Source: Candidatus Taylorbacteria bacterium RIFCSPHIGHO2_01_FULL_46_22b (GTDB lineage: Bacteria; Patescibacteriota; Minisyncoccia; Phycocordibacterales; DSPV01). Taken from it: a stretch of DNA of 57,317 nt. The stretch lies in assembly GCA_001820875.1 (NCBI GenBank), contig MHRF01000007.1, positions 1 to 57,317 on the forward strand, written 5' to 3'. Positions within the stretch are counted from its first letter, which is position 1; the number at the start of each line of letters is the position of its first letter. Shown piece by piece: positions 37,577 to 47,707 of the stretch. The position numbers were made by a program, and so were the translations under genes. The notes beneath the pieces are model-generated. The model was given only the letters and a program-made list of their open reading frames with translations. It was not told the origin of the DNA and searched no databases.

Positions 37577-38125
37577 ATGTCACGCCTTGGAAAAAAACCT
37601 ATTATGATTCCCGCAAACACGCAAGTTACTTGTGTGAATGGTGAGATGCGCGTGAAAGGCCCTCTGGGAGAATTGACCCGCATGATTCGTCCGGTGATTA
37701 ATGTTTCTATTGAAGGAAGCGCAGTTACCTTGAGCCCGAACGCCACTTCCAAAGAAGCAAAAGCGCTCTGGGGCACTTATGCGTCAGAGCTCCGATCAAT
37801 GATTGCTGGTGTAAATAAACCGTTTGAAAAGAAATTGCTTATCGAAGGTATTGGATACAAAGCAGATGCAAAAGGTTCGGACATCAATATGTCGCTTGGC
37901 TTCTCTCATCCGGTAAAAGTGGCAATTCCCGCAGGCATTAAAGTGGTTACTGAAAAAGCGGCAATTATGATATCAGGCATTGATAAAGAATTGGTAGGCC
38001 GATTTGCTTCAGAAATTCGTGCATTGAAAAAGCCTGAACCATATAAAGGGAAAGGAATTCGTTATGAGGGCGAAGTGGTGCATTTGAAGCAGGGTAAGAA
38101 AGCCGGCGCAACCACTGCAGGATAA
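37577..38125 (+). CDS. rplF: 50S ribosomal protein uL6
   Basis: MSRLGKKP, LGFSHP, PEPYKGKGIRY. Confidence 0.98.
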   Translation: MSRLGKKPIMIPANTQVTCVNGEMRVKGPLGELTRMIRPVINVSIEGSAVTLSPNATSKEAKALWGTYASELRSMIAGVNKPFEKKLLIEGIGYKADAKGSDINMSLGFSHPVKVAIPAGIKVVTEKAAIMISGIDKELVGRFASEIRALKKPEPYKGKGIRYEGEVVHLKQGKKAGATTAG

Positions 38126-38131
38126 ACACAT

Positions 38132-38488
38132 ATGGCTATTACACGAAACAACACAGCAGGTTTGAAACGAGAGCGTCGCCACCGCCGCGTGCGTTCCCGC
38201 GTATCGGGAATTGCAGAACGGCCACGCATGGCAGTATTCAAATCCAATAGATACTTGTATGTCCAATTGATTGATGATACTCGAGGAGTAACGCTTGCTG
38301 CCGCAACGACCAAGGGGATGACCAAAGGTTCTATGCTTGAAAAAGCATCAGAGCTCGGAAAAACGATTGCTGAACTCGGACAGAAGCAGAAAATCACTAA
38401 AGTAGTATTTGACCGAGGCGGATATTTATACACCGGCAAGATAAAGGCGGTTGCAGATGGCGCGCGCGCCGCAGGGTTAGTATTTTAA
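38132..38488 (+). CDS. rplR: 50S ribosomal protein uL18
   Basis: RPRMAVFKSN, QLIDD, FDRGGYLYTG. Confidence 0.98.
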   Translation: MAITRNNTAGLKRERRHRRVRSRVSGIAERPRMAVFKSNRYLYVQLIDDTRGVTLAAATTKGMTKGSMLEKASELGKTIAELGQKQKITKVVFDRGGYLYTGKIKAVADGARAAGLVF

Positions 38489-38496
38489 ATTCATCT

Positions 38497-39153
38497 ATGA
38501 CTGATGCAGAACAACCAAAAGTAGTGCAGGGAACACAACAGACAGCAACTCCCGCTGTCGCGGCTCCTTCGTCTGCTCAAGCTTCCCCTCGACAGGGAGA
38601 TACGCGCGATCGTATGCCGTTCCGCCGAAAGAATGTGCGCCGACAAGGTCGCGATGGCAAGATGCGTCAGGAATATGATCAGAAACTCCTCAATATCCGC
38701 CGTGTAGCCCGCGTTTCAACCGGTGGTCGCCGATTTAGTTTCAGTGTTGCCATGATTTTGGGCAATCGAAAGGGACTTGTTGGGGTAGGTACGGGAAAGG
38801 GGACTGATACCGCAATTGCAATTGAAAAAGCGATGCGAAGTGCAAAGAAAAACATGGTCAAGATCCTCCTAACTTCGTCTGGCTCTATTCCTCATTATGT
38901 AGAAGCAAAGTATTCAAGCGCACGTATTATGCTTATTCCTGCTCGCGGACGAGGAGTAGTTGCAGGCGGCGCGGTGCGCAACATCATTGAACTTGCAGGC
39001 ATCAAAGACGTTACGGCAAAGATTCTTTCGCCGAGCAAAAACAGTTTGAACAATGCGCGCGCGACCATGTTGGCGCTTTCTCGTTTGACTAACCGCGGTT
39101 CAGGTATGTCTGTCAAAACTGTCGAAAATAAAACAGAAGTAACAGAGAAATAA
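38497..39153 (+). CDS. rpsE: 30S ribosomal protein uS5
   Basis: RRVARVSTGGRRFSF, GVVAGG, AGIKD. Confidence 0.98.
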   Translation: MTDAEQPKVVQGTQQTATPAVAAPSSAQASPRQGDTRDRMPFRRKNVRRQGRDGKMRQEYDQKLLNIRRVARVSTGGRRFSFSVAMILGNRKGLVGVGTGKGTDTAIAIEKAMRSAKKNMVKILLTSSGSIPHYVEAKYSSARIMLIPARGRGVVAGGAVRNIIELAGIKDVTAKILSPSKNSLNNARATMLALSRLTNRGSGMSVKTVENKTEVTEK

Positions 39154-39161
39154 TTTTTATC

Positions 39162-39605
39162 ATGCAAGTGCACAATGTAAAAAGAAATACCAAGCGCAAA
39201 TACTCACAATCGGTGGGACGTGGAGGCAAGCGCGGTAAAACTTCAGGGCGTGGCACTAAAGGTCAGAAAGCTCGTTCAGGACGCAAGATCCGCCCTGAAA
39301 TCCGAGATGTGATTATGCGTATTCCCAAATTGCGCGGTCATGGCAAAAACAGCAATTTCAGCATTCAAACCAAACCAACTATGGTGAATCTTTCTAGTAT
39401 CGAAAAACATTTTTCAGCAGGAGACACGATTAATCCGACCACTCTTGTTGAAAAAGGGTTGGTGAATCTCATTGAAGGAAAACTTCCGGTAGTGAAAATC
39501 CTTGCAGATGGCGATCTAGGGAAGAAAGTGATGGTAGAAGGTTGCCGCATTTCAGTTTCAGCAAAAGCTAAGATCGAGAAAGCGGGTGGCGCAGTAAAGA
39601 ACTAA
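39162..39605 (+). CDS. rplO: 50S ribosomal protein uL15
   Basis: GRGGKRGKTSGRGTKGQKARSG, KIEKAGG. Confidence 0.98.
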   Translation: MQVHNVKRNTKRKYSQSVGRGGKRGKTSGRGTKGQKARSGRKIRPEIRDVIMRIPKLRGHGKNSNFSIQTKPTMVNLSSIEKHFSAGDTINPTTLVEKGLVNLIEGKLPVVKILADGDLGKKVMVEGCRISVSAKAKIEKAGGAVKN

Positions 39606-39612
39606 TCTCTAT

Positions 39613-40884
39613 ATGAATAACTTTTTTATAAAATTGGGATTGATATTCAAGGATCCTCTCTTGCGTCGCCGCGCGCTTTTTACCGTAGGTCTTTTGGTGG
39701 TGTTTCGTCTTTTGGCGACCATCCCAATCCCTGGAGTTGATTTAGTTCAGCTTCAGCAATTGTTTGCAAATAACCAATTCTTGGGCCTCGTTGATATATT
39801 TTCAGGAGGCGGATTTTCCAATCTCTCAATCATGATGCTTGGAGTGAGTCCGTTTATCACTGCAACTATCATCATGCAGTTGCTGACAATGGTCTTTCCC
39901 AAGTTGAAAGCGATGTATCAGGAAGAGGGGGAATCTGGACGAATGAAATTTTCACAATATTCAAGACTTCTGACCATTCCTCTCGGATTGATTCAAGGAT
40001 ACGGTTTTATGGCCCTTCTTGCCCGCCAACAGGTGCTCGGTGCTATAGGGTCTTTCGACATCCTCATTAACGTGATTATTATCACTGCCGGATCGATTCT
40101 CTTGATGTGGATCGGCGAACTGATCACTGAATTCGGAATTGGAAACGGTGTGTCTCTGATTATCTTTGCAGGTATTATCGCTGGACTGCCTTCAGTGATC
40201 AGCCAGCAATTGTTTACATTTGATCCGTCACAGATTCCGTTGTACGCAGGATTTTTGATAGCAGGACTAGCAGTGGTCTTGGGAGTTGTTGTGGTCACCG
40301 AAGCTGAACGTCCAATTCCTGTGACATATGCCCGTCGTGTACGAGGCATGAAGGTCTATGGCGGGGTTTCCACCTACTTGCCTTTACGTCTCAATCAGGC
40401 AGGGGTGATTCCAATTATCTTCGCTCTTTCCATCCTCCTGTTTCCTCAAATGATTGTGAACTTCCTCGCGACATTCGATAACGGAGTAGTGCAGGCCGCG
40501 GTTTCTTTGTTGAATGCGTTCCTCACGAACGTGTGGCTGTATTCGATCTTCTATTTCCTTCTGGTGGTGATATTTACCTACTTCTATACTGCAGTTACTT
40601 TTGACCCGCATACACTTTCAACAAACCTGCAGAAGAACGGGGCATTTGTCCCTGGAGTGCGCCCAGGCCAATCAACCGCCGATTTCATCTCTCGAATTTT
40701 GACTCGTATCACATTGGTGGGAGCTGTCTTTCTGGGTGTGGTAGCGATTCTCCCTCTGATCGTTCAGAATCTCACGGGTATTTCAGCTTTGGCAATCGGA
40801 GGCACCGCGCTTCTTATCGTGGTGTCAGTGGTGCTTGACCTGATGAAGAAAATTGATGCGCAGGTTTCGATGCGTGAATACTAG
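39613..40884 (+). CDS. secY: Preprotein translocase subunit SecY
   Basis: LGVSPFITA, GIGNGVSLIIF, AGVIPIIFA, VPGVRPG, GGTALLIVV. Confidence 0.98.
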   Translation: MNNFFIKLGLIFKDPLLRRRALFTVGLLVVFRLLATIPIPGVDLVQLQQLFANNQFLGLVDIFSGGGFSNLSIMMLGVSPFITATIIMQLLTMVFPKLKAMYQEEGESGRMKFSQYSRLLTIPLGLIQGYGFMALLARQQVLGAIGSFDILINVIIITAGSILLMWIGELITEFGIGNGVSLIIFAGIIAGLPSVISQQLFTFDPSQIPLYAGFLIAGLAVVLGVVVVTEAERPIPVTYARRVRGMKVYGGVSTYLPLRLNQAGVIPIIFALSILLFPQMIVNFLATFDNGVVQAAVSLLNAFLTNVWLYSIFYFLLVVIFTYFYTAVTFDPHTLSTNLQKNGAFVPGVRPGQSTADFISRILTRITLVGAVFLGVVAILPLIVQNLTGISALAIGGTALLIVVSVVLDLMKKIDAQVSMREY

Positions 40885-40907
40885 TTTTTTTGTATACTAA
40901 CTACTAT

Positions 40908-41510
40908 ATGACACAGACGCCGAAGACGTTTATTTTTATTGGACGGTCAGGATGCGGGAAAGGGACGCAGGCAGATTTGCTCATCGATTATTTAAAGAAA
41001 AATGATCCTGCCCGTGAGGTAGTGTATCTTGAAATCGGAAAATTATTTCGAGATTTTTGGAAAGGCGAAGGGTATACCCAAGAGTTATCAAAGAATATAT
41101 ATGCTGAAGGGGGATTGCAGCCCGAGTTTCTAGCGATTTCCACATGGTCTCAATTTCTTATCAACCACATGAAATCTAATGTACACGTGGTGATTGACGG
41201 TGTTCCGAGGAGTTTGACGCAAGCTCTCGCACTTGATTCGGTGGCGAAGTTTTATAGCTGGGATTGCCCCAACATACTTCTTCTGAACATATCTCGGGAG
41301 ATGGCTAAATCCCGCCTTTTGGCGCGCAAGCGAGCAGACGACAGCGAAAAGGGTATTGACGCGCGACTTGATTGGTTTGATACAGACGTGGCTAAAGCTA
41401 TTACCTTCTATGAAGATAGCCAAAACTATGCTTTTCACGATATAAATGGCGATCAGAGCGTAGAGGCGATACATCAGGAAATCTTGCAGAAAACAGGCCT
41501 CCTAGGGTAA
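40908..41510 (+). CDS. adk: Adenylate/nucleoside monophosphate kinase (short type)
   Basis: GRSGCGKGTQA, DGVPR, RADD; position after secY. Confidence 0.88.
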   Translation: MTQTPKTFIFIGRSGCGKGTQADLLIDYLKKNDPAREVVYLEIGKLFRDFWKGEGYTQELSKNIYAEGGLQPEFLAISTWSQFLINHMKSNVHVVIDGVPRSLTQALALDSVAKFYSWDCPNILLLNISREMAKSRLLARKRADDSEKGIDARLDWFDTDVAKAITFYEDSQNYAFHDINGDQSVEAIHQEILQKTGLLG

Positions 41511-41519
41511 TCTAGCACT

Positions 41520-42287
41520 ATGGTGACGATAAAGAATGAAAAAGAGATCGCCTTGCTTCGTGAGGGCGGCCGCCGTTTGGCGCAAGTCATTTCAGGGTTG
41601 GTTTTGGCTGCGATCCCTGGTGTTTCTGGTAAAGAATTAGACGAACTTGCAGAAAAATTGGTGAGAGAGAAAGGCGATATTCCATCGTTTTTACACTACA
41701 AAGCTGGCAAAGGAGGGAAGGAGTATCCTGCGAGCTTATGTCTTTCAATCAATGATGAAGTGGTGCATGGACTTCCGGCAAAGAAAGGAAAGAGTATAAA
41801 AGAAGGGGATTTGGTCTCCATCGACATGGGTTTAATACACGAGGGTATGTTTCTTGATTCTGCAGTGACCATTGGAATTGGAAAAATTGATCCGATTGCA
41901 AAGAAGTTAATCAGTGTTACCAAGCAAGCGCTCGAGATTGGTATCGCGGCGGCGCGGGCAGGAAATCATGTGGGAGATATTGGATATGCAATAGAGACAT
42001 TTATTACACCGAACAAGTTTGGTATTGTGCGTGAACTTGCAGGACACGGAGTTGGATACGCGGTGCATGAAGATCCTTACGTTCCTAATTACGGAAAGCA
42101 GGGGCAGGGTGAGAAATTGCTTGCGGGGATGGTGATTGCAATCGAGCCTATGGTGAATGAAGGAAGTGCAAAAATTGTTTTGGATAAAGACGGGCATACA
42201 TTCCGAACGGCTGACGGCAAACGCAGTGCCCATTTTGAGCACACAGTGCTTATCACAGATGGCACAGCAGAGGTGCTGACCCAATAA
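41520..42287 (+). CDS. map: Methionine aminopeptidase type I
   Basis: SINDEVVHG, GHGVG..VHEDP, AIEPM, SAHFEHT. Confidence 0.97.
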   Translation: MVTIKNEKEIALLREGGRRLAQVISGLVLAAIPGVSGKELDELAEKLVREKGDIPSFLHYKAGKGGKEYPASLCLSINDEVVHGLPAKKGKSIKEGDLVSIDMGLIHEGMFLDSAVTIGIGKIDPIAKKLISVTKQALEIGIAAARAGNHVGDIGYAIETFITPNKFGIVRELAGHGVGYAVHEDPYVPNYGKQGQGEKLLAGMVIAIEPMVNEGSAKIVLDKDGHTFRTADGKRSAHFEHTVLITDGTAEVLTQ

Positions 42288-42305
42288 TGTTGTATACTCA
42301 TGTCT

Positions 42306-42923
42306 ATGCAAAAAACGCCTGAACTGATCATAGAAAATGAACAAGAAGTTCCCCAATCACTAGAATTAGTGCGTGAGCTTGAGGTTGTTGAAAATCAAGA
42401 TGATGTTAAACTTCGCTTGGGGGAAATGCTCGACCGTATTTCTTCAGACGTAGGGGCTTTATATGAAGGAATGCGGGTTGAGCAGTGTCTTGCTCGGGTG
42501 GAACAGCTCTCCCGAGTTCTTGAGACTATTGAACTTGGCAAGCCTCTGCATATTTCTGATGAAACTGACTCTCATTATGCAAATGCAGTGATTCCCGCAC
42601 CAGAAGGAATAAAGATTGCATTGAGCGAAGGTGAGGCGCCAGGTTCTGTGCGTGCGGTTGTGGGTTTTGGAAAAACTCTCATCGGTTTTAAGACAGATCA
42701 CCTCTCTGTTTCCGAGATTGATTTTGCCGAGAGCGAAATTCGTGACGCTAATGAGCGTAAGTATTTATGTCGACATGTGAGCGGAGATCTACTCAAAGAT
42801 GATATACACTATCTAATATTACGCATACCCTATGAACTTATGCCTGCCGAACGTCTCACTGTTGAAGAAAAGAAGAAATCTCGCCCATTTGTGTTCCGTG
42901 GGATGCGGCTCGGTTCTCAATAG
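42306..42923 (+). CDS. Hypothetical protein
   Basis: Long ORF; TATACT 7 nt before ATG 42306 (alternative start 42300). Confidence 0.7.
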   Translation: MQKTPELIIENEQEVPQSLELVRELEVVENQDDVKLRLGEMLDRISSDVGALYEGMRVEQCLARVEQLSRVLETIELGKPLHISDETDSHYANAVIPAPEGIKIALSEGEAPGSVRAVVGFGKTLIGFKTDHLSVSEIDFAESEIRDANERKYLCRHVSGDLLKDDIHYLILRIPYELMPAERLTVEEKKKSRPFVFRGMRLGSQ

Positions 42924-42964
42924 CCCATCTGTTTAGATTTCTTTCTAGGGGCTATAATATCTGG

Positions 42965-45751
42965 ATGGAATCTGGCTACAAAGCTCCCGAGCGTACATTT
43001 AATTCTCCTGAAGAGGAGCTGGCTTTTTTGCGCGAGCGAATTGCGCAGAAAGAGCGTGAATTGTCCGGCAAAGAGCCGGAACATGCCGTGCAAGAAACTA
43101 TCAATGAATACAAGCAGGTTCCGAAAGAAACAGTCCTTGCTCCTGCTATGCAGATTCATGAGACGGAGCTTTCGGAGTATCACCTCAAGCTTTCTCCTGA
43201 ACCGCATGATGCGCAAGTTGCCCAGCTAGTGCATTTGGTAGTGGAGAAGGGGATCAAGAACGCCCTATCAGTAGTAGATAAACTGAACGATCCGCACCTT
43301 GCTGACGATTTTGAACGGTTTTTGGTGCAGTATGTGAAGGCAGGTAAGGAAACAGGTTTTGGCTCGCGCAACCCCCTGTTTCGGGCATTACAGATGACCT
43401 TATACGAGATCACGCTTCCCGAACGTGATCCCAAAGCCCCTGATAAACCCCTTAAAGAACTTCTCTCATCAATGGAGCAGTTTTATGCGGGGATGATGGC
43501 CGTACGCGAGAAAGATATTGTAGGCCCAAATTATTTTACGCTAGAACTTTCTGTTGCTAATCACAGTGAGGAATTTGTCTTTTATGCGGCAGTTCCCAAC
43601 AGCAAGTGTGATCTCTTTGAAAAACACATCCGTGCGGTGTTCCATGATGCGAAAATTTCTGAACGCACCGATGACTATAATATTTTCAATGAAGGAGGAG
43701 CTTCAGTTGGATCAGTGGCGCGTCTGACGACCGATCACGCGTTCCCGATTCGCACCTACGAATCGTTTGATCACGACCCGTTGCATGCCCTGCTTTCAAG
43801 TTTTGGAAAGATTGATAAGGATGGAGAGGGGGCGGCGGTGCAGATTGTATTTACTCCTGCAAGCAGTGCTCGTACCGATCGGTATAAAGCGATTATTCGC
43901 GATTTGGCGGCGGGAAAGAAACTGAAGGATGCACTTGATAAGCCGGAAACGGTTGGGGGTCACGTGTGGAGTTTTACCAAGGATATTGCCAAGGAGTTGT
44001 TTGGAGGATCGGACTCTGCTAAGAAAGATGAGGAAAAAACAAAAGAACCGCCCAAAGTTGATGATATTTCACTTGAACAAGTTAAACACAAAAGTGAGAG
44101 TCCAGTTGCTGATATTACCCTCCGGTTAGTTGCATCTTCGCGTTCTGATCGGGAAGCGACCGATATACTTTCTGATCTCGAGTCGGCGTTTAACCAGTTT
44201 GATAATCCGCACGGCAACAATGTTAGGTTTAAACGTTTTTCCGGAGGGCGTCTAGAGGAACTTCTTCGTAACTTTTCTTTTCGTCTTGCCGATAGTCACC
44301 ACGTGATGCCTTTGAGTTTACGTGAATTGACCACTGTATTCCATCTGCCCTCCACCATCACTCGTGCAGCGCCTGAACTGAAAGTTGCAAAGGCGGGGAC
44401 TTCTGCTGTTCCTGTCGGTTTGCCTGACACAGGTTTGACATTGGGGGTTAATCGAGAAGGGGGACGTGAGGCAGTGGTCTATATGCAGAAAGAGGATCGT
44501 CTGCGTCATTTCTACTGCATTGGTCAGACTGGAACAGGAAAGACTACGTTGCTGAAAAATATGATTGTGCAGGATATTTTGGCTGGGGAAGGAGTTTGTT
44601 TCATCGATCCTCATGGTTCTGATGTAGAAGATTTGCTCGCCTGTATTCCACCCGAGCGTTATAACGATGTCGTGTATTTTGATCCGGGGGCAGTTGCGCA
44701 TCCGATGGGGCTTAACATGCTTGAATTCGATCCACAATACCCCGAACAGAAGACATTTGTCGTTAATGAAATGCTTTCCATATTCAATAAACTGTTTGAT
44801 ATGAAAACGGCGGGCGGGCCGATGTTCGAGCAATATTTCCGAAACGCCGCGCTTTTGGTACTTGAAGATCCGGAGTCTGGCACTACGCTCGTTGATTTGT
44901 CTCGCACGCTTTCCGACAAAACCTATCGTGCCGCAAAGCTTGCCCGATGCAAGAACCCTATTATTGTTTCATTCTGGCGCGAGGTTGCGGAAAAAGCGGG
45001 TGGGGAAGCGGCACTGCAGAATATTGTGCCGTACATCACCTCGAAGTTTGACGGGTTTCTTTCAAACGATATTATGCGTCCAATTATCGCGCAGGAAAAA
45101 TCAGCATTTAATTTCCGCGAGATCATGGATTCCAAGAAGATTCTTCTTGTCAATCTTTCAAAAGGACGATTGGGTGATATCAATTCGCATTTATTAGGAT
45201 TGATATTGGTTGGCAAGATTTTGATGGCGGCGCTCTCGCGGGTTGATTCAAAATCGCAAAATCTCCCCCCATTTTATCTTTACGTCGATGAATTTCAGAA
45301 TGTGACCACCGATTCAATCGCGGTGATTCTCTCTGAAGCGCGCAAGTACAAACTCGGACTTTCAATTGCGCATCAATTTATCAAACAGTTGGATGATAAG
45401 ATTAAAGATGCGGTGTTTGGCAACGTCGGATCGATTGCAACATTTCGCGTCGGTGCCGAGGATGCCGAGTTTTTGGTGAAACAGTACGAACCGGTATTTT
45501 CCGCCCGCGATATTATCAATCTCGACAATCGCCACGCGTATTTGAAACTTTTGGTAAACGGCCGCCCGATTAAGCCGTTTAATATCGAAACCCTCGCACC
45601 GTCTAAAGGGAATCCTGCGCAGTCGGAGAAACTCAAGGAACTTTCGTATCTGACGTACGGTCGTCCACGTCAAGAAGTTGAAGCCGAGATTATACAGCGG
45701 TATGCTAAGCCGAATGTTTCGGTTCAGCCTGATGCGGCAAAAAGTGTATAA
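42965..45751 (+). CDS. VirD4/TraG/HerA-like P-loop ATPase with long N-terminal domain (CPR-type)
   Basis: DRLRHFYCIGQTGTGKT, IDPHG, Walker B LYVDEFQN, LSEARKY, AVFGNVG. Confidence 0.9.
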   Translation: MESGYKAPERTFNSPEEELAFLRERIAQKERELSGKEPEHAVQETINEYKQVPKETVLAPAMQIHETELSEYHLKLSPEPHDAQVAQLVHLVVEKGIKNALSVVDKLNDPHLADDFERFLVQYVKAGKETGFGSRNPLFRALQMTLYEITLPERDPKAPDKPLKELLSSMEQFYAGMMAVREKDIVGPNYFTLELSVANHSEEFVFYAAVPNSKCDLFEKHIRAVFHDAKISERTDDYNIFNEGGASVGSVARLTTDHAFPIRTYESFDHDPLHALLSSFGKIDKDGEGAAVQIVFTPASSARTDRYKAIIRDLAAGKKLKDALDKPETVGGHVWSFTKDIAKELFGGSDSAKKDEEKTKEPPKVDDISLEQVKHKSESPVADITLRLVASSRSDREATDILSDLESAFNQFDNPHGNNVRFKRFSGGRLEELLRNFSFRLADSHHVMPLSLRELTTVFHLPSTITRAAPELKVAKAGTSAVPVGLPDTGLTLGVNREGGREAVVYMQKEDRLRHFYCIGQTGTGKTTLLKNMIVQDILAGEGVCFIDPHGSDVEDLLACIPPERYNDVVYFDPGAVAHPMGLNMLEFDPQYPEQKTFVVNEMLSIFNKLFDMKTAGGPMFEQYFRNAALLVLEDPESGTTLVDLSRTLSDKTYRAAKLARCKNPIIVSFWREVAEKAGGEAALQNIVPYITSKFDGFLSNDIMRPIIAQEKSAFNFREIMDSKKILLVNLSKGRLGDINSHLLGLILVGKILMAALSRVDSKSQNLPPFYLYVDEFQNVTTDSIAVILSEARKYKLGLSIAHQFIKQLDDKIKDAVFGNVGSIATFRVGAEDAEFLVKQYEPVFSARDIINLDNRHAYLKLLVNGRPIKPFNIETLAPSKGNPAQSEKLKELSYLTYGRPRQEVEAEIIQRYAKPNVSVQPDAAKSV

Positions 45752-45753
45752 AC

Positions 45754-46059
45754 ATGAGTTTAGATAACGAACCAAAACTTCCTGACAATCCCGTAGTAGA
45801 TTATAAAGAAGAATTTCGGAGAAATCGCGCCTTTCTGCAGGTTGCTCTGCTTCAGCGATATGCAGAAAGAAAGGGATTTAAATCTGGAGATGATGTAGGG
45901 GAGGAGTGGGTGAATGAGAAACAGTATTCAGAGAAATTTGCGAAAATAATAAATGAACGTCCCGATCTCGTTTTTGAGTACACGGTAAGTCCGGAGGAGA
46001 CCCTACAGAAAGTGGAAGCACTGTTGTATGGAACTGAAGATTTGTCGCAAGCAGCATAA
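45754..46059 (+). CDS. Hypothetical acidic protein
   Basis: ORF begins 2 nt after the ATPase stop. Confidence 0.65.
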   Translation: MSLDNEPKLPDNPVVDYKEEFRRNRAFLQVALLQRYAERKGFKSGDDVGEEWVNEKQYSEKFAKIINERPDLVFEYTVSPEETLQKVEALLYGTEDLSQAA

Positions 46060-46099
46060 GTTGCTTATCACCCCACCCATCTGATACTATAGGTATTCT

Positions 46100-46711
46100 A
46101 TGACAGAAAAACATCCTAAATTTGAACGAACTTTCGTGATTATCAAGCCGGACGGGGTTCAACGATCTTTGGTCGGCGAAATTATCAAGCGTTTTGAGCA
46201 AGTTGGCTTGAAACTTGCTGCGATGAAGATGTTGGTGCCTACACCTGAACAAATTGAGAAACACTATACTCTTGATCCAGAGTGGCGCCGCGTAACCGGA
46301 GAAAAAACTATCAAAGGATATCTATCGAAAGGTCTTAAACCGCCGTCGGAAGATCCGCTTGAGATTACTGCAAAGATTTTAGCGAACCTAAAAAAATATC
46401 TCGCGTCTGGTCCAGTGGTAGCGATGGTCCTGCAAGGTGCGCATGCAGTTCAGATTGTACGTAAACTTGTCGGGGGGACAGAACCGCTGACTTCAGACGT
46501 TGGATCAATCCGAGGCGATTTCGTTTTGGATTCATATCAGATGTCCGATCCTGACAATCGCGCAGTACGCAATTTGATACATGCGTCAGGTTCTCCTAAA
46601 GAAGCAAATGATGAAATTTCACACTGGTTCTCAAAAGTGGATTTGGTTGATTACAAATTGGTCCAAGATCATATTCTCTACGACGTGAATCTTGACGGAC
46701 TCCTTGAATAA
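46100..46711 (+). CDS. ndk: Nucleoside diphosphate kinase
   Basis: ERTFVIIKPDGVQR, SGPVVAM, GSIRGDF, NLIHAS. Confidence 0.96.
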   Translation: MTEKHPKFERTFVIIKPDGVQRSLVGEIIKRFEQVGLKLAAMKMLVPTPEQIEKHYTLDPEWRRVTGEKTIKGYLSKGLKPPSEDPLEITAKILANLKKYLASGPVVAMVLQGAHAVQIVRKLVGGTEPLTSDVGSIRGDFVLDSYQMSDPDNRAVRNLIHASGSPKEANDEISHWFSKVDLVDYKLVQDHILYDVNLDGLLE

Positions 46712-46722
46712 TATGGGTATTT

Positions 46723-46760
46723 CAACAAAACACCGTCCTTACCGGACGGTGTTTTGTTTT
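46723..46760 (+). terminator. Terminator after ndk
   Basis: AACAAAACACCGTCC/GGACGGTGTTTTGTT. Confidence 0.85.
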
Positions 46761-46832
46761 ACACAAAGGTATCTTTCGTGTCGGAGTACAAAAAGGCGTA
46801 TTGTTTTGTCGAGGGAGAGGGTTATACTTATT

Positions 46833-46984
46833 GCAGGGTTATTTGGAGTATAAACTCTATAACAAAAATCAGGGAGTCCAATAATCATCGTAACTCGTAG
46901 AGTCGCTTCGGCAGTTCTCTTGCTTACGATTTAGGACACCCACCTAGCTTTTCGCTAGGGTAAATACTCTCAAGTGACCCTGAA
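46833..46984 (+). ncRNA. ssrS: Probable 6S RNA
   Basis: Rod fold with closing stem CAGGGUUAUUUG-GAGUAU/AUACUC-UCAAGUGACCCUG, A-rich central bubble, 3' bubble hairpin, UUCG apex; TATACT upstream, terminator 46986-47014. Confidence 0.75.
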
Positions 46985-47071
46985 CAAGAATTCTCCGTAC
47001 CGTGGAGAATTTTTGTTTTTCTCATTATTTAGAATGGAAATAAAGGGTATTACACCCTTTGTTACCGTCGC

Positions 47072-47221
47072 ACCACAAGAGTACTTCCGATTTCTACACT
47101 TGCTACGCTTGTGAGAAATCTAGGTCGCTCGTTCGGGAGAAAAAAAGAGGATACTTTTTCTCTCCACACCACAAGAGTGCTCCCAATTTCATAGTCGCTG
47201 TGCTTCTTGAAATTTAGGTCG
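47072..47221. repeat. Two more copies of the ACCACAAG...[hairpin]...TAGGTCG repeat
   Basis: Units 47072-47127 and 47168-47221 separated by an unrelated hairpin. Confidence 0.92.
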
Positions 47222-47305
47222 CTCACTCGCTAGGAAATAACAAAGCGGTCGCGTTATTAAATCAATGGCGGGTTAGATATGCAAAGGATATAATGAAACA
47301 ACCAT

Positions 47306-47707
47306 ATGTTTTTAAAAACACTTGTTTGGTCTCTTAGTGTTGCACTACTAGTATTACTGCTCAATCTTGTTGGATTGCGATACGAATTGTATTGGTATTT
47401 ATGGTGGTATGACATTGTTCTACATTTCTTGGGCGGGCTGGTGCTTGGCCTTGCCGCTACATGGTTTTTTGGTACGGTACACCACCGTTTTGGTCATATA
47501 CGCACGGGGCTTTTAATATCGCTTATACTCTCGTTTGTATTATTTGGAGGGATTGTATGGGAATGGTTTGAATATATTTCGGGCATTACTTTAATCTCTG
47601 TTGCATGGTACCAACTCGATGTATTGATGGATGTACTTATGGATATGTTGGGAGGCATGTGCGCATTTTGGATATGGAAAAAACAAATCAGCAAAAAATA
47701 TGAATGA
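47306..47707 (+). CDS. Hypothetical membrane protein (VanZ/DUF2238-like)
   Basis: WYDIVLHFLGG, GIVWEWFEY, DVLMDVLMDMLG. Confidence 0.8.
   Translation: MFLKTLVWSLSVALLVLLLNLVGLRYELYWYLWWYDIVLHFLGGLVLGLAATWFFGTVHHRFGHIRTGLLISLILSFVLFGGIVWEWFEYISGITLISVAWYQLDVLMDVLMDMLGGMCAFWIWKKQISKKYE

Noticed and set aside
42965-45751. Conjugative element
   Set aside because: No relaxase, VirB genes or integrase nearby; flanked by housekeeping genes
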